Made by a program: the position numbers and the translations under genes. From IMG/VR virus record IMGVR_UViG_3300020578_000017, positions 32,001 through 96,000 of that record: a stretch of 64,000 bases of DNA; one strand, given 5' to 3'. Positions 48,011 to 58,758 of this stretch are shown here, piece by piece (the stretch's first letter is position 1; each line of letters starts with the position of its first letter). The notes under the pieces were generated by a model that saw only the letters and a program-made list of their open reading frames with translations, made no database searches and had not been told where the DNA came from. This DNA is from a virus.

Positions 48011-51000
48011 CTACATTGGTGCCCCGCCACCACCGCCCATACCTGTATTTATGAGGGCAGAAGCAGAACCATAATTTATAGAATCAGTAACTCGAACAAA
48101 GAAGTATACAGTTTGACCGTTATATGATGAAACGTCTGTTTGTACAGAAGGTGGGAAGCTAAAAGGTGGCGTTGTCCAAACTGCACCTGTTGGAGTACTT
48201 GAAGTACCTATCTGATACTGATAAGAAGATGCACCAATTACTTGATCCCATGTAGCATATCCAGTTGAATTAAACGTGACATTTGTTGGGGCACTGTAGT
48301 AAGGCCTTGCACCTGATATGGATGAACGGCTTGAAGGAGTATTGTTTCGCTGTACGATAAAATATAAAAGCTGTCCCTGGGATACCAGCATGCTTGAACC
48401 CATAACTGGAGGACCGGAATACTGAGTATTTTGCCAAGAACCTTCGTTAGGTGTAGAGGAAGAAGCAAACTGATATTGGTACAGAACATCTGGGTTGTAG
48501 GTCCAATTTCCGGTAGCAGAAGATAATCCTACATTTATAGATAACCCACTAACTACAGAGGCAGGCTTTAATGCGCTTGTAAAGTTATAGAAGCTACCAC
48601 CTGAAGCTCTTACAAAGAAGTAAAAAGTTTGACCTTCTGTGATGCTTGCCAAACTCACCGTTTCTGGTGGGTTGTCGGTAGCTGTCCACATGCCCACCAT
48701 AGGGGCTGAAGTGGTTGATACTTGATACTCATAAGACCCATTAGCCCCAGGTATGATATCCCAGTTTGCCTCTCCTGTTGCAGGATCTATTGTTACGACT
48801 GGCATAGTATCGTCATCATATGATGCTGTAGCCGTAAGTCCGCTGGCCCTTACATGGAAGTATACTTGAGCACTAGAAGCATACTGAGAAAGATTTAACG
48901 ATATAGGCTGTATTCCTATTACGGCTACCCAAGCCATAGCATTCGGTGATGTGCTTTGATTGACTTGATATTGATAAGACAATCCAGAAATAGGTTCATT
49001 CCAAGTTGCCGTTCTGCTATCAGTATCTAAAAGAACACTGGTAAGGGCTGAAGGCATTGAGGAAGAAGTTGAAGCGTAAACTTCAGAATTTGCAACTTTT
49101 ACATGTAGGTATACGGTCTGCCCTGCAGAGAAGCTGTCTAACATAACGTTGTTAGATTCTGTAGGCGTAGTAACCCAAACCTCTGGCGCTATGTCTGCAT
49201 CTGAGTTCGTTGTGACTTTATACTTATAACCACCAACAAGATGAGAACCTGGTACCATATCCCAGCTTATACCGCTAGTATATGTATTAAACACTAGATT
49301 AGTTGGAACACCAGCCGCTACAGCACTATCGCTTCCATAATTATTTGCGGAACCAGATACCCGGACAAAAACGAATACCTCATCACCGGCATTACTAGAT
49401 ATATCTTCGCTTGAATAAAGATTTGTTGTTGTTGTCCAGTCTTCATCTAAAATCTCAGGAGTAGAACTAGTTGAGTATTGATACTGATAGTTTGTCGCAT
49501 CTGTTACTGCAAACCAGCTTGCCTCACCATCAACAGTTAATATAATTCCAGTAGGCGCTGAAAAAGGTATATATGTCGAGTCAAAACTGGAATTGGTAGA
49601 GTCTGTAACTCTTACATGTAAGTAAGCTACTGTTCCGGTAAACCCAGATAGACTTAGCCCAGTTACACTAGTAGTGACTACTTGGGAACTCCAGGTACCT
49701 GTTGCTGTAGAAATAGTAGAAAGCTGATACTGATAACCAGGAGCGTTAGTTACTGATGACCAAGATGCATCGCCGTTTTCGTCAAGAACGACGGTAACCG
49801 GAGCAGCAAAGTTTACATATACAGAATCGCTGCTATAACTAATTCCACCAAATGACTTTACAAAGAAATAAACGGTTTGACCGCCAAAAGAACTTATATT
49901 TTCACTTATTGTCAAATTAGAAGTTACTGACCAATCATTTTCATCAGGAACTGCGTTATTTGTAAACTGATATTGATAACCAGATGTTGCCTCTGCAACA
50001 GAAGACCAAGATGCCTCACCATCTTCACTAAGTGTAACTGTATCTGGTGGGGTAACATAAACAGTTTGCATCTCATTTTGTTGCTTTATTCTAAAATGTA
50101 GAAGAGCAGAATTTCTGTCTGAATCAGAACTTCCGCCATCTTGAGCAATAAGTAAAGTTAAAGAAGTAAAATTATCTTGCTCGGCAATAGATAAGTTGAC
50201 TAATGGAGCATAAAAAGTGTCTGTATTTATACTGGAACCCGTACTTATGTAAGATGTGAAGCCATCTGCTAATACAGTGCCACTAGATATAATATTATTT
50301 TTTACAAGTAAGCCGCTTGTTGTAGTCAATCCTGAAACATTCAAGTTTCCTAATAAGTTGGTATTTCCAGTAACCGTAAGAGTAGAGCCAAACTCTATAG
50401 GTAGATTAGGATCAATTCCGCCAAGATTACTTGCCGTAATGTTGCCTTCTATAGTAACGTTGCCAGTTACAGTTACATTACCCTGGACATCTAAAGTATT
50501 TAATACGGTTAGACCACTAGTTGTAGTCAGCCCAGAGACAACAAGTGTTGACTCTAAAGTTGTCGCACCAGATACTTCAAGATTAGACTCTAAAACTGTT
50601 GAACCAGATACATTTAGAGTAGAACCTAGAATAATAGGTAGACTTGGATCAAAAGGTGCTGATATACTATCTGAAATAATATTTCCAAGAACAGTCAAGT
50701 CACCCGTTACAGTTACGTTTCCAGTAACATCAACATCATTCTGTACAACTAACCCACTTGTTGTAGTAAGCCCTGAAACTACTAAGGTACTATCTAAGGT
50801 AGCCGAGCCAGATACCTCAAGAGTATTTCCAAGAATAACTGGTGAGTTTAAATCGATAGTAGTGCCTAAATCGGCATAAATCATGCCACCAACAATCAAA
50901 TCACCAGAAACATATGCATTACCTTGAATATCTAAATCACCAGAAGATATTAGTTCACCTAAAGTTGAAGTTCCTGTTACTGATAAGCTGTTCTGAACAA

Positions 51001-51592
51001 CAAGACCAGATAGAACTGTATCGCCAGATACTACTAGAGAGTCTGTAGTTGTAGCACCATCTACTGAAATACCACCTAGTAAACTAGATGAACCTGATAC
51101 AGTTAGTGTACTCCCTAAAACAAATGGGTTTTGAAAGTTTAAATAACTGCTTAAATCTACAGTTAAGCTCCCACCTACAACCAAATCACCAGATAATACA
51201 GTATTTCCTGTAACTGCTAGGTTATCTAATGTGGTTCCAGTAAGAGTTACCCGTACTTTTTCTGTATCATTAACATAGATAGAAGTAAAATCATTCCTGG
51301 AGGCTACTAAAAAGTCTGCACTAGTTTCTATACCAGACACAGGTAAACTTGATACTAAAGAATTTCCAGTATTAAGTACTGAATAGGAAGCTCCACCATT
51401 ATTTGAGAAATTTAGTACGGAAGAAACAACATTGGTATTATCTTCGCCAACTTTAATAAACAGAGTTCCTTTTTTAAGAAGCTCTGTATTTGTGGTTACT
51501 GAAAATATAAAGTCTTCAGGATTCCAATCACCAGATACAGAAAGTACTTCTAACTCTACTTCTGGCGAATTGTAGACATATTCGTTGGGCAT
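48011..51592 (-). CDS. Fibre protein with beta-repeat shaft and eight FN3-like domains (type A, body X)
   Basis: VSG/VTG repeats, then eight W...YQYQ...W...YFxVR units. Confidence 0.75.
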   Translation of the reverse strand: MPNEYVYNSPEVELEVLSVSGDWNPEDFIFSVTTNTELLKKGTLFIKVGEDNTNVVSSVLNFSNNGGASYSVLNTGNSLVSSLPVSGIETSADFLVASRNDFTSIYVNDTEKVRVTLTGTTLDNLAVTGNTVLSGDLVVGGSLTVDLSSYLNFQNPFVLGSTLTVSGSSSLLGGISVDGATTTDSLVVSGDTVLSGLVVQNSLSVTGTSTLGELISSGDLDIQGNAYVSGDLIVGGMIYADLGTTIDLNSPVILGNTLEVSGSATLDSTLVVSGLTTTSGLVVQNDVDVTGNVTVTGDLTVLGNIISDSISAPFDPSLPIILGSTLNVSGSTVLESNLEVSGATTLESTLVVSGLTTTSGLTVLNTLDVQGNVTVTGNVTIEGNITASNLGGIDPNLPIEFGSTLTVTGNTNLLGNLNVSGLTTTSGLLVKNNIISSGTVLADGFTSYISTGSSINTDTFYAPLVNLSIAEQDNFTSLTLLIAQDGGSSDSDRNSALLHFRIKQQNEMQTVYVTPPDTVTLSEDGEASWSSVAEATSGYQYQFTNNAVPDENDWSVTSNLTISENISSFGGQTVYFFVKSFGGISYSSDSVYVNFAAPVTVVLDENGDASWSSVTNAPGYQYQLSTISTATGTWSSQVVTTSVTGLSLSGFTGTVAYLHVRVTDSTNSSFDSTYIPFSAPTGIILTVDGEASWFAVTDATNYQYQYSTSSTPEILDEDWTTTTNLYSSEDISSNAGDEVFVFVRVSGSANNYGSDSAVAAGVPTNLVFNTYTSGISWDMVPGSHLVGGYKYKVTTNSDADIAPEVWVTTPTESNNVMLDSFSAGQTVYLHVKVANSEVYASTSSSMPSALTSVLLDTDSRTATWNEPISGLSYQYQVNQSTSPNAMAWVAVIGIQPISLNLSQYASSAQVYFHVRASGLTATASYDDDTMPVVTIDPATGEANWDIIPGANGSYEYQVSTTSAPMVGMWTATDNPPETVSLASITEGQTFYFFVRASGGSFYNFTSALKPASVVSGLSINVGLSSATGNWTYNPDVLYQYQFASSSTPNEGSWQNTQYSGPPVMGSSMLVSQGQLLYFIVQRNNTPSSRSSISGARPYYSAPTNVTFNSTGYATWDQVIGASSYQYQIGTSSTPTGAVWTTPPFSFPPSVQTDVSSYNGQTVYFFVRVTDSINYGSASALINTGMGGGGGAPM

Positions 51593-51627
51593 AGTATCTA
51601 CTAAACCATTCTAAAGGCAATTAAAAA

Positions 51628-54600
51628 CTAAATAAAAATATCAGAAAGGTCTATTGTAGTTGTTTCTGACTCTATCGCTAAACCTGGTCTTACTGTTGAA
51701 AAGTCATGATTAGGAGAACTGAAATCTAAGACATCGATGTTTTCTGCTGGAACAACAACTGAATCTGATCCATAGTTTGGAGATGCAGCTACTCTGACAA
51801 AGAAATACCAAGTTTGCCCTATGTTTTCAGAAATATCAAAAAATGCTGTGAGATTTGAAGTGACAGACCAGCCTAATCCAGGTGTACTATCCGTAGAGTA
51901 CTGATACTCATAACTACTTGCCCCAGAAACCGCAGACCAACTAGCGTTACCTAAATCGTCAAGATTTACATTAGAGGGTGCGGGATAGTTTACAAAGACA
52001 TACTGAGATGTATAAGAAGATGCCGGAACTGTTCTTACAAATACATAAAATGTTTGTCCTATATAGCCTGAAATATCTTCAAATGCCTGTAATAACATGG
52101 TAGATAACCAAGCGTTTTCATCTGGTGTAGAAGAAGTGGAAAACTGATATTGATAACCAGAAGTTGCCCCGGACACAGCAGACCATTGAGCTAATCCTGC
52201 TTCACTTAAAGTCAGAGTTCCTGGTGGCTCTGGTAATGCGTCAGCAAGAGTGTTCTGCTGCTTGACTCTAAGTTGAATGATGGCAGAGTTATGGTTGTTG
52301 CCGTCACCTCCACCATCTTGCGAAACCATAAGAGTCATGCTTATAAACTCACCTTGATCGTCAAGAGAAACCTCAACTACTGGTGCGTAGCTAGCACTTG
52401 TACCGACTGAACCACCTGATCCTATATAAGAGTTTAGGCCTTTTGTATATAAGTTACCGCTTACAATAGCATCTGAACTTACAAAGATACCACTAGTACT
52501 TGTGTCACCCTCAACTAAAAGACTTTGTCTTAATGTTGTAGCACCTGATACTTCTAATGTACTACCTAACACTAAAGGTAGACTTGGATCAAAAGCTGCT
52601 GGAATACTATCTGAAATAATACTTCCTAAAACAGTGAGATCGCCTGTTACCGTGACATTACCCGTAACATCAACATCGTTTTGAACAACTAAACCACTTA
52701 AAGTAGATAGACCAGAGACTACTAATGTATTATCTAAAGTTGTAGCACCAGAGACTTCAAGGGTTGACCCGAATACTAAAGGTGAGTTAAGATCAATAGT
52801 GCTACCTAAGTCAGCAAATATCTGACCATCAACTGTTAGATTACCGGTAATTGTTACATTACCTGTTACGTCAACATCATTCTGTACAACTAATCCGCTT
52901 AGCGTAGACAGACCAGATACGAACAAAGTAGTGTCTAATGTTGTCGATCCAGATACTTCAAGAGTTGATTCAAGTATCGTAACACCACTTACGTTTAGCG
53001 TTGAACCTAGCGTCAATGGGAGACTTGGATCAAACGATGCTGGAATACTATCTGAAATAATACTTCCTAAAACAGTAAGATCCCCTGTTACCGTGACATT
53101 ACCCGTAACATCAACATCATTCTGTACAACTAATCCGCTTAGCGTAGACAGACCAGATACGAACAAAGTAGTGTCTAATGTTGTCGATCCAGATACTTCA
53201 AGAGTTGATTCAAGTATCGTAACACCACTTACGTTTAGCGTTGAACCTAGCGTCAATGGGAGACTTGGATCAAACGATGCTGGAATACTGTCTGAAATAA
53301 TACTTCCTAAAACAGTGAGATCGCCTGTTACCGTGACATTACCCGTAACATCAACATCGTTTTGAACAACTAAACCACTTAACGTAGATAGCCCAGAAAC
53401 AACTAATGTACTATCTAATGTTGTCGATCCAGATACTTCAAGAGTTGATTCAAGTATCGTAACACCACTTACGTTTAGCGTTGAACCTAGCGTCAATGGG
53501 AGACTTGGATCAAACGATGCTGGAATACTGTCAGAGATGATGTTGCCAAGGACAGTAAGATCCCCTGTTATAGTAACACTACCTGTAACATCAACATCAT
53601 TCTGTACAACTAATCCGCTTAGCGTAGACAGACCAGAAACTAATAATGTACTGTCTAAAGTAGTTGCTCCAGATACTTCTAAAGTATTACCTAATACAAC
53701 TGGGGAGTTAAGGTCAATAGTGGTACCTAAATCGGCATAAATCATGCCCGCAACAGTCAAGTCACCTGAGATATAAGTATCACCTTGAATATTCGTGTCA
53801 TGCTGAACTGTCAAACCACTTGTTGTGGTCAATCCGGATACGACTAAAGTAGTGTCTAATGTTGTAGAACCAGATACCTCAAGAGTTGACTCTAGTATAG
53901 TTACGCCTGATACAGTTAATGTAGACCCAAGAGTCAAAGGTAGACTTGGATCAAACGCTGCTGGAATACTATCTGAAATAATATTACCTAGAACTGTCAG
54001 GTCACCTGTTATTGTCACATTACCAGTAACGTCAACATCATTCTGTACAGTCAACCCACTCAGAGTAGATAGACCTGAAACAAATAATGTACTGTCTAAG
54101 GTTGTAGCGCCAGATACTTCTAAAGTAGATTCTAATACTGTAACACCACTTACATTAAGTGTTGAACCTAACGTTAGAGGAAGACTAGAATCAAATGCTG
54201 CTGGAATACTATCTGAAATGATATTACCAAGAACGGTTAGATCGCCTGTGACAGTAACATTACCAGTAACATCTACATCGTTCTGTACAACTAAACCGCT
54301 AAGAGTAGATAAGCCAGATACTACTAATGTTGACTCTAATGTAGTAGCCCCAGATACTTCTAAAGTTGAACCAAGAACTAAAGGTAAACTTGGATCAAAA
54401 GTCGCAGCTATATTATCTGCAATAACATTACCACTGACAATAAGGTCACCAGTTATTGAAACACTGCCTTTTACATCTAAATTTGTCTCTACAGTAACAC
54501 CTGTGTTGATTACCAGGATATTCTGTTCATCTGTACCATCGAAAGACACTACAGCAAAGCTCGTAGTACCGGTAGGTGTTCCTACCCTATACTCAAGGTT

Positions 54601-55008
54601 AGAAGAACTTACAGCACCAGATGGGACAAACTGAACATAGCTAAAGGTGTTGTTGTTGGACCGGAAAAGCTTAAGATATACATCAGAGTTATTAGAAGAA
54701 GTAATCTCAACTCCACCCTGGCTTTCGACAAATAATCCTGTACCGCTTTGAACAGTTAAAGACCCCTTTATGGTAACTGAGTTAGCTAAAGAACCACCAG
54801 TTCCGCTAAAAGTAAGACTGTTACTGGTAGTAAAGTTACCGGTAGAGTCAAGAGTAAATATCTTTAGTGCAGCATCTAATGTACCTATTTGAGCATTAGA
54901 CGCTATCCTAAGGCCATGAATAGAAGCCTCGCCAGCAACATCATCACTGGGACGAAGTTTTCTGTGAGTGTGGTTTATAAAATAAACTTGATCTAGTTCA
55001 TTTGCCAT
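51628..55008 (-). CDS. Fibre protein with long repeat shaft and two FN3-like domains (type B, body X)
   Basis: About nine FDPSLP/IDLNSP-delimited 62-80 aa units; two FN3-like units. Confidence 0.75.
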   Translation of the reverse strand: MANELDQVYFINHTHRKLRPSDDVAGEASIHGLRIASNAQIGTLDAALKIFTLDSTGNFTTSNSLTFSGTGGSLANSVTIKGSLTVQSGTGLFVESQGGVEITSSNNSDVYLKLFRSNNNTFSYVQFVPSGAVSSSNLEYRVGTPTGTTSFAVVSFDGTDEQNILVINTGVTVETNLDVKGSVSITGDLIVSGNVIADNIAATFDPSLPLVLGSTLEVSGATTLESTLVVSGLSTLSGLVVQNDVDVTGNVTVTGDLTVLGNIISDSIPAAFDSSLPLTLGSTLNVSGVTVLESTLEVSGATTLDSTLFVSGLSTLSGLTVQNDVDVTGNVTITGDLTVLGNIISDSIPAAFDPSLPLTLGSTLTVSGVTILESTLEVSGSTTLDTTLVVSGLTTTSGLTVQHDTNIQGDTYISGDLTVAGMIYADLGTTIDLNSPVVLGNTLEVSGATTLDSTLLVSGLSTLSGLVVQNDVDVTGSVTITGDLTVLGNIISDSIPASFDPSLPLTLGSTLNVSGVTILESTLEVSGSTTLDSTLVVSGLSTLSGLVVQNDVDVTGNVTVTGDLTVLGSIISDSIPASFDPSLPLTLGSTLNVSGVTILESTLEVSGSTTLDTTLFVSGLSTLSGLVVQNDVDVTGNVTVTGDLTVLGSIISDSIPASFDPSLPLTLGSTLNVSGVTILESTLEVSGSTTLDTTLFVSGLSTLSGLVVQNDVDVTGNVTITGNLTVDGQIFADLGSTIDLNSPLVFGSTLEVSGATTLDNTLVVSGLSTLSGLVVQNDVDVTGNVTVTGDLTVLGSIISDSIPAAFDPSLPLVLGSTLEVSGATTLRQSLLVEGDTSTSGIFVSSDAIVSGNLYTKGLNSYIGSGGSVGTSASYAPVVEVSLDDQGEFISMTLMVSQDGGGDGNNHNSAIIQLRVKQQNTLADALPEPPGTLTLSEAGLAQWSAVSGATSGYQYQFSTSSTPDENAWLSTMLLQAFEDISGYIGQTFYVFVRTVPASSYTSQYVFVNYPAPSNVNLDDLGNASWSAVSGASSYEYQYSTDSTPGLGWSVTSNLTAFFDISENIGQTWYFFVRVAASPNYGSDSVVVPAENIDVLDFSSPNHDFSTVRPGLAIESETTTIDLSDIFI
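52540..54400 (-). repeat. In-frame tandem repeat array, including near-identical 240-bp units (~52870-53640)
   Basis: Sequence starting catcattctgtacaactaatccgcttagcg recurs at ~52875, ~53115 and ~53595; lines 52921-53040 and 53161-53280 are identical. Confidence 0.9.
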
Positions 55009-55044
55009 ATCTTATCTATCTCTAACATGTAATTTAATTGTATA

Positions 55045-58000
55045 CTAATCAGAAAGATACCAAGTATTTCCAATTAAGACACACTTTAACCATTTAAATA
55101 TCTTCAAGGACTTACCAACAGATAGAGCAGGATAAACCCCAACTGAACTATGATCCAAAGGTGCAGATTGAGCATCCCATGGTATGTTGTCAGGATATGC
55201 TTCAGTAGAACTAGGCATTTCAATGTAATTTCCAGTAATATATGTAGCAACTGGTGCACTTATATTATAAAACTTAAAAAATTGTTTTCCGTTAATGGTA
55301 AAATTATAAGAACTTTGTTCTAAAAATAGGTTGTATTCTGTACCGTTTAAAACATCATCATATGAAGGTAAAAATATAGTGTTTGAATAATAATTTGGAA
55401 ATTTATAGTTTACATTGGATTCAAAAGTAGGATAAGCATTCGTAGCATTTGGTGATAAAAATAAGTGATTTTTTTTATTTTTGTTTATTGTAAATTGAAA
55501 CTCTTCCCCAACATAACTCAATGGGTCACTTGAAGGCTCATTAAAGCTATATGTTTCAAAGTTATTATGAAAAAATACATCATCGATTAGATGTGTACTA
55601 CCGCTTACCGTAACTCCACTATGAAAAACAGCGTCGGTATTTACACTTAAACCGGATACTGGTGTTATGGTGTTTATGCCAACTTGAGATCCAGTAACCA
55701 GAGCTAATGAAACGTTTCCGCTAACTTTAATATTGTCTCTAAAAACTGTACCTAAAGCAACATCTACTGGCCCCTCTAAAACAGAACCGAATGGTAAGCC
55801 TATACCTAATAAAGCTGATGAATCTGTAGATAAATAAGAAGAAAACTCTACATTCAAAGCTGAACCTGAAATTAATGTATCAAAGAATCCATTTTTAGCA
55901 TATATTCCGCTATTAAAAGTAACGTCTTTTTCAAAAGTAGTTTGACCCGCAAAGTAGTTTTGGTCATTTATCCCTTCTTGATAAATGCCATAGCCTTCAT
56001 CTATTATTGCTGTGGATTTCTGAGGTTCAATGTAAATACCATAAGAATGTATTTCACCCGTGTGAGAACCACTTTTATTAGCTGCAATAGGACTTGCTGC
56101 TAATAAAGCTATTCCAGTAAAATTAGCTGAAGGTGATGAAGTAAACTTTGAATCTGAAGAAGATGAGTTTAATGCGTTTACATAAATACCAACTGTCTTA
56201 TTTGTGAAGTTTTTAGATCCTGTCTCTATCGCTAACTTTATTGAAAGTCCAGTAGCCTTAGTTAACTGGGCAAACGGAAAACTTGGCGTTATTGAAGATG
56301 GGTTATTATATAAACTTAGGATCGTACCAGAATATTCAGAAATTGTATTTTCTAAGTTCCAGGTAGTATAAATCTCATGTGATACAGTATTACTACTTGT
56401 TAGCGTAGTAAAAAAGCTAGAATTACCCGTAACTCGTAAGCCATTATCAACCGAAAATAGATATGAAGTACCATTGAAGTAGTTATGGTCTGTCGATGAT
56501 GCTTGATAAATACCAATACCAGATGTAACTATTGACCCAGTTTTCTGAGGTTCAATGTATAAACCATAGGCAATTACAGAACCAGTAGTTCCTGCTTGTC
56601 TTGCTGTCACCTTAGGCGATAAAGCTACAAAAGAAATACCACTAAAACTATCATTTCCATTAAATGCTGTTGTGGCAGTTGAACTTGCTATGGATTGAGC
56701 AGATACCGCTACCATTAGCTCTGACCTGGATGTTGTACCAGAGTTTGGAGTTAACCCAACATATAATCCATTAACTTGTTTATCATCAGCACCATTATTA
56801 GTAGAAGAATCTTTCTTTATAGAAAATACTGTATAGCTTTCTGGTACATTCCCAAAAGAGTTAAGCTCTGGCCTGGTTACAAAATGATAGGCAGAAGGAT
56901 TAGCGTTTATATAACCGTCTAAAATCTTGAAGAAGAAAGGACCATTTGTTTCTTTTAATAGATTACTGCCACTAATAATCCCGCTAACAAAAGTATTTCC
57001 ACTTATTGTGGTGTTTCCAGAAATACTTACATTGCTTAAAAAGCTAGCAGACCCTCTTTGTGTAAGGGCACCAGATAATCCAATGGTTGCACCGCTAGCA
57101 ACTAACGTGTTAACGACACTGGCGCCAGAAACATTTAGGTTTTGCTGAACATTGACAGATGTGCCTGTTGCTGTAAGCGTATTTACAGTAGAAGCTCCAC
57201 TAGCGCTAAACGAAGAACCTGTAACGTTTAGAGTATTAAAAGTAGCTGACCCGCTTACATTAGCAAACGAACCAGTTACATCTAATGTATTTAATGTCGT
57301 GTCGCCTAGTACACCGAAGTCACCATCAAGCGTACTGCTTCCTCTGATTACAAGTGATTCTAAAGTAGTTAGCCCTGTGACACTTAATGTGCCAGTAATG
57401 CTAACGTTATTTTTTACTGTTAAACCAGAAGCTAGAAAATCTCCTGTAACATTTACTGTATTTAAAGTACTCAATCCAGATACGTTAGAGTTACCAGAAA
57501 CAAAGCTATTTCCAGAGACGTTTGTATCCCCTAAAAAGGTAGCGTTACCTCTTTGAGTAAGCGTACCGGATATAGCAGCATTACCACTTATCGTAGTACC
57601 AGATTTAATAGTTACTAAACCTGCTGCAGATACGTTCAAGTAATCAGTGGTAGAAGTTCCATTATATGAAAGAAGAGAGAAACCAGTGCTACCGTAGTCA
57701 AAGCCAATGCTAAACTTGACATTTGCGCTACTCAAAGATCCGCTTGGTATAAAGTTGACAACAGCCCGCTCAGAATTTGTAAAGCGAGTCAGGTCAATCA
57801 AAGTATCTGATGAGTCATCACCAATTACTCTTATGCCTTGTTGCGCTCTGACAAATAAACCGGATCCGCTTTCTACAGAAAGACCACCCTCTACCTTGAC
57901 TAGATTACTCGTTGCTCCAGTTTCGCCTTTGAAAACCAGGCTGTTGCTGGTCTTGATATTTCCGGTACTGTCTAGTCTAAATAGCTTAAGAGCTGCATCT

Positions 58001-58131
58001 GCTGTTCCTATTTGAACATTAGATGCAACAGACAAACCATGAACGGAAGCTTCACCCTGAAGATCATCGCTGGGCCTTAGCTTTTTGTTTACGTGGTTCG
58101 TAAAATATACGGGATCTATTTCTTTAGACAT
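55045..58131 (-). CDS. Fibre / receptor-binding protein (type B, body Y)
   Basis: N-terminus paralogous to 51628..55008; two YG.YIEPQ...GIYQ...NYF modules; VGINT.TP motif. Confidence 0.7.
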   Translation of the reverse strand: MSKEIDPVYFTNHVNKKLRPSDDLQGEASVHGLSVASNVQIGTADAALKLFRLDSTGNIKTSNSLVFKGETGATSNLVKVEGGLSVESGSGLFVRAQQGIRVIGDDSSDTLIDLTRFTNSERAVVNFIPSGSLSSANVKFSIGFDYGSTGFSLLSYNGTSTTDYLNVSAAGLVTIKSGTTISGNAAISGTLTQRGNATFLGDTNVSGNSFVSGNSNVSGLSTLNTVNVTGDFLASGLTVKNNVSITGTLSVTGLTTLESLVIRGSSTLDGDFGVLGDTTLNTLDVTGSFANVSGSATFNTLNVTGSSFSASGASTVNTLTATGTSVNVQQNLNVSGASVVNTLVASGATIGLSGALTQRGSASFLSNVSISGNTTISGNTFVSGIISGSNLLKETNGPFFFKILDGYINANPSAYHFVTRPELNSFGNVPESYTVFSIKKDSSTNNGADDKQVNGLYVGLTPNSGTTSRSELMVAVSAQSIASSTATTAFNGNDSFSGISFVALSPKVTARQAGTTGSVIAYGLYIEPQKTGSIVTSGIGIYQASSTDHNYFNGTSYLFSVDNGLRVTGNSSFFTTLTSSNTVSHEIYTTWNLENTISEYSGTILSLYNNPSSITPSFPFAQLTKATGLSIKLAIETGSKNFTNKTVGIYVNALNSSSSDSKFTSSPSANFTGIALLAASPIAANKSGSHTGEIHSYGIYIEPQKSTAIIDEGYGIYQEGINDQNYFAGQTTFEKDVTFNSGIYAKNGFFDTLISGSALNVEFSSYLSTDSSALLGIGLPFGSVLEGPVDVALGTVFRDNIKVSGNVSLALVTGSQVGINTITPVSGLSVNTDAVFHSGVTVSGSTHLIDDVFFHNNFETYSFNEPSSDPLSYVGEEFQFTINKNKKNHLFLSPNATNAYPTFESNVNYKFPNYYSNTIFLPSYDDVLNGTEYNLFLEQSSYNFTINGKQFFKFYNISAPVATYITGNYIEMPSSTEAYPDNIPWDAQSAPLDHSSVGVYPALSVGKSLKIFKWLKCVLIGNTWYLSD

Positions 58132-58176
58132 TATAAGTCAGTATTACACACCTAAATAATACTGATCATAAACAAC

Positions 58177-58758
58177 CTAAGAACCGCTACAAGCTGCAAT
58201 CAAAAAGTTATGAAATCTTTCTCGCGACAGCAAGCCCTTGCTCTTGATGTCAATATCAAGCTCACATAAACCGTTGAGAATCTTAACTATCCTCTTTAAC
58301 GAGTATCCGCTGATATACTTTTCTAGATTAGAAAACTCAAAGTGGCTTATTCCCATCGACTCTCTAATGTGATGATCTTCCAGGTTCTTGTTTTTCTTTA
58401 CGATAAAAACAAAAGCTTTGTCTAGCCACTTGAAGTAATAGTTTGCGAAAGATAAAAGAAATCCTTCATCCTGTATTTTATTGAACTCTTCCAGGCAAGC
58501 TTTGGTATTTTGCCCACCAATAGATTTAGTAAGCTTAAGGTATGTATCGAAGCTTCTCTTTACGAATAAATCTTCGAGGTCTCTAATATTGATTGATGTA
58601 TCTATATCAAGAAGAAGATCTATCTTGTCTGCTGCTTTCTGCAGAAGAACATCATTGTTTCCTATAAAAGAGACAATCTTTTCAAGTTGGTATTCTGGTA
58701 ACGTTCTACCCAACTCAGATAGCTTGTTACGTAATAACTCTTTTGGCGCTGCACTCAT
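58177..58758 (-). CDS. HolA (Pol III delta)-like protein, lid and collar domains only
   Basis: LxxFIGNN..LL....DKI.L lid; C-terminal LCELDIDIKSKG; coupled to holB by ATGA overlap. Confidence 0.6.
   Translation of the reverse strand: MSAAPKELLRNKLSELGRTLPEYQLEKIVSFIGNNDVLLQKAADKIDLLLDIDTSINIRDLEDLFVKRSFDTYLKLTKSIGGQNTKACLEEFNKIQDEGFLLSFANYYFKWLDKAFVFIVKKNKNLEDHHIRESMGISHFEFSNLEKYISGYSLKRIVKILNGLCELDIDIKSKGLLSRERFHNFLIAACSGS

Noticed and set aside
52540-54400. Repeat array as CRISPR or DGR template/variable repeats
   Set aside because: Units are long, in-frame and spacer-less; differences appear mostly synonymous rather than adenine-specific; no reverse transcriptase in the window.
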